Below are positions 1 to 12,174 of a stretch of 64,000 bases of DNA, in pieces. A program made the position numbers and the translations under genes. The stretch covers positions 13,777,062-13,841,061 of the forward strand of contig NC_134034.1 of assembly GCF_964204645.1 (NCBI RefSeq), written 5' to 3'. The notes under the pieces are model-generated. The model saw only the letters and a list, made by a program, of their open reading frames with translations. It did not search any database and was not told the origin of the DNA. Every line of letters begins with the position of its first letter. Position 1 is the first letter of the stretch. This stretch comes from Tubulanus polymorphus (taxonomy: Eukaryota; Animalia; Nemertea).

Positions 1-628
1 ATCGAACCAACTTTGTTTTTGTGGGTTGCTGATAAAATCATTGTTTATAACGTGAATGCGATTGTTAATGCAATAATGAATTTTGTTTTTATTCTATCCT
101 CAATTTTGTGAGTTACTTACCTTACACTCAACAGAACCATGCACACGTGGACACAGTGATCGCAATCATATTTGTAAGTAGCGATTTTAGGCTGGTACTG
201 TGTTCCTCATTTTATATCGAATTCCTTTGTAAATCAATAATGCAAATAATAATTTTGTCAAATTGCGAAATGCTTCGGTCTCAAAATTTCCCCAATCGTA
301 AACGTGGGTTGGATCAAAGGAAATGTATTAAGGTTGCATTTCTCGAATCGACCCGGCAATCACCCAGACCAGGAAAATCCTTTAGTCAATTTGTAACTTA
401 GATTAACTGAACCGTAGACTGGTGTGTGCAACCCACCAGGTGGGACGACCTACGCTTCAAGACTGCGGAATTGACTGTTTTTTTTTCAGTAAAAATGGAA
501 GAAAATTGGAATTCATTAACAAACGTGCATTCCATAATTATCCGTACATGCATTACATACAAAATGATGATAAGAAATTCAAATTCTGCGTCGATCGTCA
601 ATTTGATACGCGACAGTAGCGACATCTA

Positions 629-3352
629 TTATAAAAACGGAAGTAGCAGGAAAGTCGTCAGCAGTGGTGGATACGCGAGTAACGGTGTCGCCATCTCGAG
701 GCCATTTGCGCCATTACAATTCTGATCTTTACAACAGTAAACATCGGTCAGTGGTGAATTCTTATCGGGTCCTTCTTCGCAGTGCAGTCCGCAAAACCTC
801 CTGATCAACCAGTTGTTCTTGTCCTGATAAGTGACCACTTTCTGTAAAAACGATAAAGATTTTCCACTTTAAAATCACTAATTTGATCATCTATTAACGT
901 ACAGTTATTTTGATGTCTTATTTTGCGTGTTGTTGTTGTATCTGAGGTTTAGGCAATAAATAAGTATAATATGTATCATATATCATATATTATCACTTAT
1001 CATGGGTCCCTAATTGGAGTATGAGTATGTCTGAAGCTTTAAACCACGACCCTTTCAGCCTTTCAAAATTTGTGACTCTGCTAAAAATAATCGTTTTTGA
1101 AAGCGCGCTGATCAAAGCATCTAATATCCGGTGTTTGTAGTTCATTTGTTAGTTATATTTCGATTTTAAACATCAGGTGAAGTTTTTGAAATTTTGGCGA
1201 ACAGTTTTTTGAAATAGTGCGGATAAAGTATTCATTTAGCATTGGATATATCTCGGTTGAAGTCACGTGAAGCGCGGACGATCTTTTGAAAGAGTGCTCT
1301 GAATTGTGAGTCCATATATCGCTATATTATAACAATTTTTGACTCCTCGAAAAAAAATTGCGTGATAAAATGTGTCAAGAACAGAGTTTACCTCATTAAT
1401 CTGAACAGAATATATTACCGTGAGCCTAATAACAGGTACTCGTAATTAACGTTAATCATCTAGAGTAATTAACAATATACAATTAATAGATGTTGTTACT
1501 TGATATTCACCCAGATAAACCTTGTATATATATATCTCATATCATACCTCATTGAACTGTTCATTTCCGTGGCTACATGTATAAATATGTATCTATGTAC
1601 GTAGAGCTGGAATTATCTAACATATCTGTTCCAAACGTTCTGGAGTTTCAATTTATTTACTCCTAAACATATTCACCGTGTAGACTAATGTAGTCTGGTA
1701 AATATATAACCTTCTGAACGTGTACTGATAAAATACATAATGTCTGGTGTTTGTTACGGAAGAGCTTAGCGACCAGATGATTTTTTCCACTTTTTGAAAA
1801 TATTATATGTTGATAGAATGTCTAATGTCTAATGTCTGGGGTTTGTAGTTCATTTTCGATTGAAAGTCTCAATTTTCATCGTAAACGGTGAAGTGCTGAA
1901 GAGTGGAAGATCAGTTCAAGAAAGTGCGCCGCTCAAATGTCTAATGCCTCATGTTTGTAGTTAATTTTCAATTGAAAATATCTCAGGTGAAGTTCTAAAC
2001 TTGGAGATTTGAATAAGAATCTGTGTTATGGAGGGCTGTTTCATATATAAGTTCCCCAAGTTCTTATCTGTATTTTTCGAGTACGTACGACGCAATAAGG
2101 ACTCATCTGACAGTCTCGTGTAAGACCTGTCGTATTGCTGGCTGACTGACAGTGTCGACTCGATTTGAGATTAGACTCGCCCGCTGATCTGATACCGTCC
2201 ATGATGAACTCTTCAGCCGCTTGATTCGTTTGGTGATAATAACAGTTATAACAACTGGACACGACGTCTGTCGTTTCTATATCGGACGAGTGTACGACTG
2301 AAATAAAAGAAAAATGATATATAATTTGAATGTTTGAAAATTGTTATAACTAGAATGTCGCTGAATACGACTGATGCCCCACATCAGGTGAAACGTCTGA
2401 ATGTAAAATACACCCCGCGCGTATGTCGACATATCTCATTTAACAACTTTAGATCAGTCTAAGCTGATTTTGTTTCTAAAGCCAATCCAACAAGCGAAGC
2501 TTGAGAGATTCTATAAAAAGAATGATCAACGCAATTTGAATAAATTTGAAACCTTCCCAAAAGTCGGCGTTACAAATCTCATTAGTTTTCCATATTATTT
2601 CTTCTCCGTACATAACGGTTCACATGCCATCAATTCTCATAACGTTGCAGAAATACGACTGTCTAAACTAACTGTGAGATGATAATATTTGTTATAATTA
2701 CGGACGGTGAGAAAATCAGAGGGAATGAAAATATTTTCATCGAATGTGAAGATAATTTTTCTCGGGCAGAAAAAAACCATTAGATTGTACAAATATACTT
2801 ACAACATATATACTACGGCTATATCAAGTAGTTCGAAATCTGGAATTTTTATTTTCAAAGTTTGATGGCCCACTGGCAAAGTCGTAACCAAAAGCCTGTA
2901 TATGATCATCTCAAATCTTCTTTAAGCGAGGTCCGTTCAAATCATTAAGTTCGGTTTAAGAGCTATATCTGCATCAATGGCTAGTTTGGAAATATATGTG
3001 TCCCTCCAAATCCACCCCCCCCCCCCCAAAAAAATAGGAAATATCTGCTTCTGCTCCTGTGTAAGTGATAACCTTTTCAATTCTTATAATAATCTGAGTT
3101 CACCTCTGGGTGGAGGACGTCTATTCGGGCACACGCGATCCAAGTTTTCGGGATGGACCCACATGTTATCCATGGGGCATAGATGAAATAACATTTACAC
3201 GTTAAGAGATGCAATAATAAATTCACGGGCAATTCACGGAGATTTCTCGGCAAAAATTCATCCAAGGTTTCCACGTTTATTTCGCTAGTTCATGTATACA
3301 GATATAAACCGTTGGTCTTTAGAAATCTTTCCTCTAAAACTCTGAATTACCA

Positions 3353-3393
<41 letters not shown>

Positions 3394-5403
3394 TTTCTAT
3401 TTTTCCTGAGGGTTTTAGATAATGACAGTTTGAGAGTAGAGAACGAATAGATCATATATACGTCGCTTCGTTTCACGTGTTCCCTGTCATTATCAGCTAG
3501 TCAGGCGCCATGTCGTGGTGGGATTATTACTGGGGTAACGATAGCGCTGAAGCCCTTTACGAGAAAGATCCAAGTTCATACTATAGAATATCTTTCGAAC
3601 TGTTCGCCGACTACGTGAGTGTCGGGAACCACTATGCGCTCTATCTACTGGTGTATCCGCTGGGAAGCGTAGTCAACTTTCTGACGATCATTCTGCTGAT
3701 CAAGTGTCGCAGATATCAATCGGTTCGCTACACGTTCCCGTATCTGATCACACTGGCGACCTCGGATCAACTAGTCGTGTTGTTCGGGTTGGAGTATTTC
3801 AACAGTTGGTTTATACAGTTCGTCACCTACTACCTACAATTCTACCGAGACGAATGCCGATTCGAAACAGACGATACGTGTCCGTTCAAGGGATACTCCG
3901 AGTTTTTCGACAGGCTGACGATGGAGTGGATCCCGTTTTGTTTCATAAAGAATCTACTGTTCAACCAATCAATCGCTCTATCAAACTATATCGTAGTAGT
4001 AATATCAGTGGAGAGATTCCTGTCAATTCGATTCCCATTTTTTCACCGAACCCATTTCACTCTGACCAGGCGTAAATTCACCGTATTGTTTGTCGTTTTA
4101 TGGGTTTGTCTGATAAATATCGACTCATCTATAGTCGACAATAAAGTTCGACGTGTCGCCCACGAGGTTTGGGTCGACATGCCGACGAACGACAGCGACG
4201 ATCAGTTCGAGACGATGACCACGACCGGAGGGGTATCGTACGTGTTTTTCTGTTTTAATATTCTCGGTTCTACCGGTGATTACCTTTCCTATCAGAACGT
4301 TTACCAGCACGCGATCATAATCATCAAAGAAATTCTTCAAAACTTTCTACCCACACTGGTCATCGTGATAACATCGGTACTAACCGCCAGGGCGCGCAGC
4401 GGTCGGGCCTCGCTTGCCAATGCTGGTGCGAGTGGTCACCAGCATGTATCGGCCAGTAAGACACTTATAGCTGTTGTTATGGTCTACATAGTGCTGGTGG
4501 TGCCCTACTCCGTAACCACAATCATGGCCAGTGTACCTTTGTTTTTGGCGAAATATTTCGACATCAACTTCGTCACAGGTGGCGAGACGATCGGAGACTT
4601 TTACGTATCCACCCTTTGGGCGAAGCTCCAACTTTTGCTGATTATCCCTCGTGAGCTTTTGTTCTGCGTGAATTTTTTCATATACGTCGGAACTTTGCGA
4701 GTTTTCAGACGACAGTTCGTTCGGGTATTCACCTGTCGGAGAATTCGACGTCACGCCCGAGCCGGGATACCGAAAATCTAATCATCCCAGACCAGTAGCG
4801 ACTTTCTAGAGATTTGATGGACGCCAAATGTCGTCTTAGTTCATATCATCAGTGCCCACTGCTGCATAACTAATCGCACGTGATGTCAGGACCTCCTCAC
4901 TGCCAGTCACCCACATTCTATAAAACCTATGTATCACTAATAAAGTTTCTGTTAACTCGGTTTCGAATCAGTAAAATGTAAGGACAGATAGTAGCCTGCT
5001 TTTGACCTTTCCGTATCGTGTTGGCAAAAAAAACAGACAAAAAATGTCCGAAATAAAAATACAGTTACATCGAAATCAATTCGTGTTTGGCTCCTTAAAC
5101 TGTACAGTGCTTATCCCACATAGATCCTACACTATTTGTATATCTGATGAAGCTTCTATATGCATTAGTTATAGTTAACATATATAACTGTGTTTGTAAT
5201 TCTGTTACCCAAATCTCGGCAAGTTACATAGATACCTTACGAAAACATTCAGATTAACATCAAGCAAGAAAACCTAGAGAGAAACTGTGCGTGGGTAAAA
5301 ATACATCGCAACTATAAAACATACTTTGAAACATACCTTCACTGAAAGAAAATACTGCAAGCATGGTGACCAGAAATGAAATAATCCGTTGAGCCGGTGC
5401 CAT
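629..5403 (-). CDS. Ly6/uPAR (three-finger, Quiver/Sleepless-like) GPI-anchored protein, ~162 aa; exons 5403-5337, 2297-2089, 841-629
   Basis: Phase-consistent GT-AG joins give the signal peptide MAPAQRIISFLVTMLAVFSFSEVVHS, then CYNC...C...C-x5-CVK...RFCGLHC...CCKDQNCN (10 Cys, canonical LU-domain CC-x4-CN end) and a hydrophobic C-terminal GPI-type tail (LLAYPPLLTTFLLLPFL). Confidence 0.85.
3357..3389. repeat. (TA)n microsatellite upstream of the first GPCR
   Basis: Pure TA run read directly. Confidence 0.9.
3510..4781 (+). CDS. Intronless class A (rhodopsin-like) GPCR, divergent peptide-receptor/chemoreceptor-like, 423 aa
   Basis: Seven hydrophobic segments; TM1 GSVVN, TM2 LATSD, TM3 Cys and ERF (DRY equivalent) followed by SIRFP, TM6 Pro, TM7 NFFIY, helix 8 FRRQF. 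Confidence 0.9.
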   Translation: MSWWDYYWGNDSAEALYEKDPSSYYRISFELFADYVSVGNHYALYLLVYPLGSVVNFLTIILLIKCRRYQSVRYTFPYLITLATSDQLVVLFGLEYFNSWFIQFVTYYLQFYRDECRFETDDTCPFKGYSEFFDRLTMEWIPFCFIKNLLFNQSIALSNYIVVVISVERFLSIRFPFFHRTHFTLTRRKFTVLFVVLWVCLINIDSSIVDNKVRRVAHEVWVDMPTNDSDDQFETMTTTGGVSYVFFCFNILGSTGDYLSYQNVYQHAIIIIKEILQNFLPTLVIVITSVLTARARSGRASLANAGASGHQHVSASKTLIAVVMVYIVLVVPYSVTTIMASVPLFLAKYFDINFVTGGETIGDFYVSTLWAKLQLLLIIPRELLFCVNFFIYVGTLRVFRRQFVRVFTCRRIRRHARAGIPKI

Positions 5404-6996
5404 ATTGTACCTACTTTACAGGCAGATAACAGGGAACTAACTAATAACGATAGCAGACGAACTAACGTTTATTAGTATACAGTATATACCATCACTTCAC
5501 AGCGGTGGTTTTTGAAACTCTACTCCGCCTGGTGTCTATATCTATCGACTAATTACTTCCTTCTCTCTCCTTTCTCTCTCTCTCTCTCCCTCATCCGATG
5601 AATACCGATATCGTTAATTGCCAACATTCTCCTCTCGCATTCTATCAGACGTTTTGACAAAGTCGTTAAAAGAAGCGTTTTCGGAATAGTCCATTTCGTG
5701 GTTTAGTATCTACTGCCGCTAATCAGACTTTTACGTAGTACTGCTTCGTGTGCGGTTAACGCACGGCCCTGTCCGAGACAGGTTACAATTTAGAACTACG
5801 GACTAGGTTTTATTAAGCAGTCGCAAGATAGATTTTAGGAGTGAATTAAAATCAATTAAAATCACGTTTGACTAGAATGTAGGTGTTATTCATTGTCTGT
5901 CGCGCACAAAATCTGAAATAACAAAAAAACTAACTAACGTAATGTTTATTGACCCCTTGAAAAAGATAAGGCGCATGAGAATAACGGACGTGGCGTCTGT
6001 GATATCGTCTAGGTCTATATATAGTCGAAGTTACATCAATCCTAGTCGGTCGAAGGCTTTCCGTTGATTTGGACCTGATGTAGTTCCACGGTTTGGCGTT
6101 AGATTTGAAATCATAGTTGTTGAACTCCACACATCCTAAACTACAGGGGGTCCTGGTATAGACACCAGGAAACGGCTGTGTGACAAATCCTCAGATAAAA
6201 CCCGTTGTTTAACAAGAATCGTTTAATGACTGCATTAAATCATAGATAGTTTTATTCTGTAACGACACATACCATTAGAGCAACATTCAAAATTTCAGGT
6301 GATCGAAAACAATAAACAAAAAATTCTAATTTCAAAATATATATAAATCAGTGCTTGTATGAAGTAAAGATAATAATAACAATATGGAATATTTTGACAA
6401 CATCAGATTGATAAAAGAGTGGACTGTTGCGGCGGAGAGTGGATAAATAGAAATAAATCATCCATTAAAAAATGAGACCGCTGTAAGCTTATCATCTCTT
6501 GGTTATGAGATGATATTTATCGGCGACGATATACAATTTTCCTTTCTTCAGGGTGACCACGATTCATCCACTTCTAAATTCCCTGTTTCCGCGGTAAGAG
6601 CAGAATGTTCCCCGTGTTCTAGTGAACAGCCACAAGTAAGACCAGAAAGTAGCCATATTCACAGACCCAAGTAATAAGCTAGCCCAGTAAAATTTCCTAC
6701 TTTCAGTGAATGTTTATTCATAGGAATTTCAAATTTACCAAATGAAACGACGATTGTTAAGTTGTGGTGAAGTTATGATGATAGAAATGGAGGTCACGAA
6801 ACACAATTCGAAACAGATCAAAATAAACACAATTTTCCTGTTTCCCAGAGGTTTGAGAAATTCAATGTGTTTTCCCTGAGACGAATTAATTTAATTCCCT
6901 GCGTTTTTTTTTTAATGAATTAATTCAATTCCCTGTGTGTCTTTTTGCCCCGCTTTCGAAATTATGGTCACCCTGTTCTGTATGATGGTGCGATTT

Positions 6997-9900
6997 TCAC
7001 ATTTTCAGCATGTGAACTATTTCGTCGGCGGAAGGTCTCTTCATCGGGTCGGCGTTCGTACATTTGCGTACTATTTCCCTGAGCTGTAAATATAAACACG
7101 AACCGGTTCACTTCCGGTATACCTAGCAATGTTTTACAATGTTTTAAACAATATATAAGACGATTCATGAGTCTAGCGTGGTTTTGGAAAAAACTTGTCT
7201 CCACCTGGGACCAGTTTTGCAAAAAAAGGTAGAACTTCTTATTGATCCATAAGGTGTCGCTAGTGTACTGTAGGTCATCAGCTACCGTGGTATTGGAGGT
7301 TTCCACTTGTGGCAAATGATAAGACAGAGTAGTTTGATTATCAACGTACCACACTTAATATCTTGTCGTCATTTGCCGAAGATTCGACGATAGAAATTGG
7401 CTGTTCGCCGTTAACGGTGTCGTCTGCGGCGACGTCCGATTTTTCTCGAGAAAATGCGGGATTCTTCATTCTGGAAAAAGCGGAAACCGCGTGAACAAGA
7501 TGTTTTGAATACAACGAACTTGACCATCATTTCTTTGTCGTTCGATTTCACCTTGCAGATTCGAAAGATATAACCAACGAGAAATCCCAACCTCTTATGA
7601 CGTCGTTTTGGGAAAGTCGTTATCTATATTTTTCGAATTTAAAAGTAAGGTCGAAATACCAAAAAAAACGAAATACATTCGATTTTTTTGACGGAATTAT
7701 TAACACGACTCAGCGTAATTTCGACGCTATATTCGCGTGTAGTACGACGAGTAATTTTATGCATATTTTATCGCTTCGATCCCCGGTGACATAAAGCAAT
7801 TATTGTAAACCATTAACTTCTCGCTATATACCGAACCACACCCGTATAATCATTTCAAACGTTCATCCATATATTTTGTTTTTCGTTTAGAAAACTAATC
7901 TCGGCGCGTTCTCTAAAGTAATCAACTGAATGAAGCAGATTTAATTGGTATTCCGATACTGCGTTTGATGCCAGAAGAAATTAACGTATTTCTATCCATA
8001 AACTATGTTTGCAATAATTGCTTTTTCATATTCATATCTTATGTACCTCCACCCACATTATTATATCATATCACATCATAAACGGTATTGTGTGTTAGTG
8101 GTAAACGGGCCGTTTTTTCGTTCTGTACAGTTAGATTTGTAACAGACACGTCATCGTGCATCATTCACGCTGTTTTAAGCTTGATACTCAAACGTGGAAC
8201 TGACAGTGAATATTTGTGGTTTCTGAGGGTCTAGGGCCCCTTAATGCCCCAACCGAAAAAGCAAGAATGCACTTTTCTTTGTTGGCCCACCAAGGGCTAC
8301 AATTATTCACCCTCAAACCTTTTATACTCAAGCAGAATTGAATCATAGCGGGTCTCTCTGACTATTTAAGATGGTTTAATGTAATTTGACAGTGAAAATG
8401 AATAATCGAATCCAACTAGAACGGTGTCAGGTTATTCAGGTCGGCGTCGAGCCATAATAAAGGTATCGGTGAAATCCCACTTAATCCACCGAAAGATTAC
8501 CAAGTTTGATTCTATCGTTAGTTCAGCTCCCTCTGTGCGGAATAATTTGTAGAATTAGAGAGATTTGAAAAAAAAATATCCTAGGATCTTCTATTCGATA
8601 GCCGCCCACAGATAATACGCCCATGACATCTTCAAAGTACCTGGTGAAGAATTATTGATAGACCAGAAAAATATGGCTACGTATTCTCCAAATGAATTAG
8701 GATTTTATAAACATGTGTTTTGTATTTATTATTCAAGATGAAAACGGAAACAGAACATGATTATAGTGAGTGCAATAAAACTAAAAAACATACGAAAAAA
8801 GTACCGAGAAGTTTAAATATTTTTAAAGGGCCTCTATTTCATCTTATCTGAAAATGTATTATTAATTGTACAAATCAAACTTTGATGAAAAGATGATTGT
8901 GTAGATAAAAGTTGCAAATATTCTCTAGTTATCAATCACATACCCGGTTTTCCGGCGTATCTTATCCGAATCGGTCATCAATTTAGAATCGTCACCGTCG
9001 TTCACTGCTGCGGCAGGTATCGGCTGATTCTCTTCGCTATCGTCTGCTATATCGATACCGATATCTTTAAGATCGGCTGGCGCTTCCGGTGAAGTCGCGT
9101 CGTCTGTCGCGACCGTCTGCTCGTTACAGCGCGCGCCCTCTAGCGGCGTAGATGACGGCTCGATATTTAATGATGAGGTCTCTGTATTCTCCTGCAAAAA
9201 AGTCGAGTGGGCGATGAGTGAGAAGTATGAATGAAAAAAGCAGATGCATTTCGAAATAGAGTTACCACTGAAAGCATAGGGCCGTGCGTAATTTGAGTTT
9301 TGGGGGATAGGAGGGGCAGAGAAACACCCTGCCCCACTACGCTATATACGGCCCTGGAAAGAGACCTCCGTGAACTTTTAACATAACAGGGTCCTTGTAT
9401 ATTTATAGCACTATCTATCCTATATCCGAGGCTTTTTTTAGTAGGTTTGTATTTCAGAAATTAAGTTCCACTTGTCTATTTCATTAGACCTTGGTCTTGG
9501 AGTAATCATTTGGCAAATGATTACTCCAAGATTAGACGTAAATGCTTTTCTGGATACTGTCTGTATTGCTTTTACAAAGTGCCTGGATGCTAGGCCGGTT
9601 TTTCAATATAAAGTTCATGGTGTTGATTTATAGTCTACATATGTCACATGAGCCAACTGGGGACAATTAGACCAATTTTTAGCTAAACTTTGATATCTGG
9701 TGCTCACTGTAAATCCTGATATAGACTGATATAGACATCTATATATGTCGATAATACATATCTGCTGTAATTTTCGCCTTGATAACCAAACAGCTTTTTA
9801 CATTCTGGTATGTACGGACCTAATGGTAAGTAAAGCGTGAAGTCGTCTTAGCTCTTAAAATAAACAACCAAATGAAATGAAGGTCGAAAATACATGGCTA

Positions 9901-12174
9901 TTGTGGACCTTAAATTCTTGACTCCAAAAAACTGGGCCTTTTAACAAAAGATTTATTTTGCAAGGCGTGCACTAACGTTAGCGATTTATTCGTGCATGTT
10001 TATATATATTTGTGGATATAGGTCTTTGTGTATTAGCTTACGCTATACTCAGGTCTTCGGGCATAATACTTGCTGCGCATTGTGAATACACGGTGGTAAT
10101 ATTTTTTTTTAGGAAGACTGTATTTAACTGCAGTTGATAGAAGATAAAGCGGATTGGTCCATTCGTTATTGCTTGGAATTCGTGATCAGTGAGGTAGGAT
10201 ATTTTGAACTATTTACTAAGGTCTCGCATGAATTATATAGATTTCATCGATGATTTTCGAAAGTGATGTTTGGTAATACAACTTTTGTCATAGATCATCC
10301 ATGCAAACCTTGGGAATCAGTAGGAACTGAATCAGCCTGATGGGTAAACAATAGTATACTATTTAGCCTATTACTTAATTTGCTTATCATGGTTAACCAT
10401 TCGGTACATTGGGTTCCTAGTTTTGACTGGTCTGATGCATTTGAAAATTTGTGTTATCATCAAGTCCAAAAGCACTCAGGCTAGCCTTGAACCGAGATAA
10501 GAACACCGACTTAACAACGCTGGCCTTGTCTTATGATAAGGCTTACGCTTGGATAAGGTTCCGAGCAAACAAAAATGTTTGTCGAAATATTTAATTCGTT
10601 TGATATATTTCAGTTAAACAGCATGGATGTAACCGGTCAAACAGGCGGTGGTGGTGGTTTCGTTAATACGGTAACCCCGACCATCGCAGCCGACAACCAA
10701 ACCGCCGACGCCCTGTACGACTTCTACGAGATTTGCGTCGCCTACGTTGCGCCGATATTCTATATCCAAGGAATCGTCGGTAACGTTTTCGCGCTGGTCA
10801 TCTTCTTCAAAAGTAAAACCGTCCGGCGCCGAGAGATCGTCGATTTCCTAATACCGCTAGCATTGGCCGATTTGACTTTCTTGATTTTCGGCGCTTTGAT
10901 CAACTGGTTACAACGCGACATGCCTCACGCCGTCGGTGGAATCGAAGGCATCAAAACGAACATACTAGCGACACCTGGCGCCTGCAAGGTGCTCTCCTAT
11001 ATCGGCTGGGTCGGCATCGCTGCTGGTAATTGGATCGTCGTTTTGTTGACATGGGAACGCGCGGTCGTCATGAGCGCTAAACACGCGTTGCTATGGTTAT
11101 CGCGGGCCAAACGGCTCGTAGCCCTAGCCGCTGCTGTAATACTCAGCGCTCTGTTGCTCATCCCGGTCCTGGTCAAGTACGATATAGACGACGACGGGAT
11201 CTTCATCGAATGCGACTACATGGTATACGGTAAACTTACCGACAACTTACTCACCTACCTAGGTCCGACTTTGATCAACGTGTTCGTGTTCATGGTGCCC
11301 CTAGCGGCCGTCTGGATTGCCAATACGATATTGGTCGTTCATTTATGCAAGAAACGACGGCTAGAGGGCGCTGAAGAGGACGATATAGCCGAATTGACGC
11401 GACGAGACGAAGAGAGAAAACTGGTCATTCAACTGATCGCGATTCCGACGATGTTTCTAATTTTCACCACTCCCCCGACGATATTCGGAATCTGGTTCGA
11501 TTGGCTCCAGTACGAAATCGATGTAAACAACAGATCCGACCTTGCCGCACTGGATACCCTCCATATCGAAGGTCTCAACGATTTCTTTTCGCGACTGGTC
11601 TACATAAATAACTGTCTGAATTGGATCGTCTATATCGCCTCGTTGAAATGGTTCCGCGAAGAGGCGAGGAACATCTGTTGCCCGGCTAAACGGTCGCGCA
11701 ACGACAGCGAACTAGCCGCGCCTCTTGTCAGAGACGACGCAGAAATAACAAGCTGAAATATCGAATTTCCTTCCACTCGAAATATCGAATTTTACTTGAG
11801 AAACCGTATGTTATAATCTTTGAAATATCCATTCGCAATGCCGTATTTTCACTTGAAATATCGAATTTTCTGATTCGCAGTCGCTGTATGATTCAATTTA
11901 TGTATATATAAACCACAAATAATTAATCATAATAATACCCAATTGGTGCTATATCTGATTATAATAAGTACAATGTATCCATATAACCATATCCTCCGCG
12001 CAAGGGATTTGAGCCTGATGACATCATGAGACTCGGTCACAGTACAAACCCCTGTCCTAGAGGTAGTCTAAACACGATGTCATCAGGATGTTGGCGACTT
12101 ACCTCGAACGCTGGCTGATCCGGTTGATGTAAGGTGCTTAGATTATCCAAGGGAATTTCTTTATTGATTTCCAT
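6997..12174 (-). CDS. Unidentified ~175-aa acidic/disordered protein with a C-terminal kinase-subdomain-XI-like segment; exons 12174-12103, 9191-8944, 7470-7350, 7083-6997; probable 5'UTR exon ending near 12592
   Basis: Four exons with good acceptors and donors (gtaagt, gtatgt, gtacgt) join in frame (phases 0, 2, 0): MEINKEIPLDNL...ENTETSSLNIEP...KTG-MKNPAFSREK...ILSV-LREIVRKCTNADPMKRPSADEIVHMLKM*. Confidence 0.6.
10623..11756 (+). CDS. Class A GPCR with single coding exon, peptide-receptor/chemoreceptor-like, ~377 aa
   Basis: TM1 GIVGN, TM2 LALAD, TM3 Cys and WERA, TM5 and TM6 Pro, TM7 NNCLNWIVY, helix 8 FREEA. A splice acceptor (tatttcag) just before ATG 10623 favours this start over 10575. 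Confidence 0.9.
   Translation: MDVTGQTGGGGGFVNTVTPTIAADNQTADALYDFYEICVAYVAPIFYIQGIVGNVFALVIFFKSKTVRRREIVDFLIPLALADLTFLIFGALINWLQRDMPHAVGGIEGIKTNILATPGACKVLSYIGWVGIAAGNWIVVLLTWERAVVMSAKHALLWLSRAKRLVALAAAVILSALLLIPVLVKYDIDDDGIFIECDYMVYGKLTDNLLTYLGPTLINVFVFMVPLAAVWIANTILVVHLCKKRRLEGAEEDDIAELTRRDEERKLVIQLIAIPTMFLIFTTPPTIFGIWFDWLQYEIDVNNRSDLAALDTLHIEGLNDFFSRLVYINNCLNWIVYIASLKWFREEARNICCPAKRSRNDSELAAPLVRDDAEITS

Noticed and set aside
2797-2870. Strong minus-strand donor as a candidate Ly6 first exon
   Set aside because: In the required phase it has a stop codon and no signal peptide; the exon at 5337-5403 fits.
3704-4754. Alternative-frame and antisense ORFs over the first GPCR (likewise 49820-50230 over ACLY)
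   Set aside because: Shadow ORFs of real coding exons.
8440-8630. Minus-strand MSWAYYLW...EDPRIFF resembling the N-terminus of the first GPCR
   Set aside because: Very short, needs a frameshift and has no recognisable TM motifs after it; cannot be told from chance by eye.
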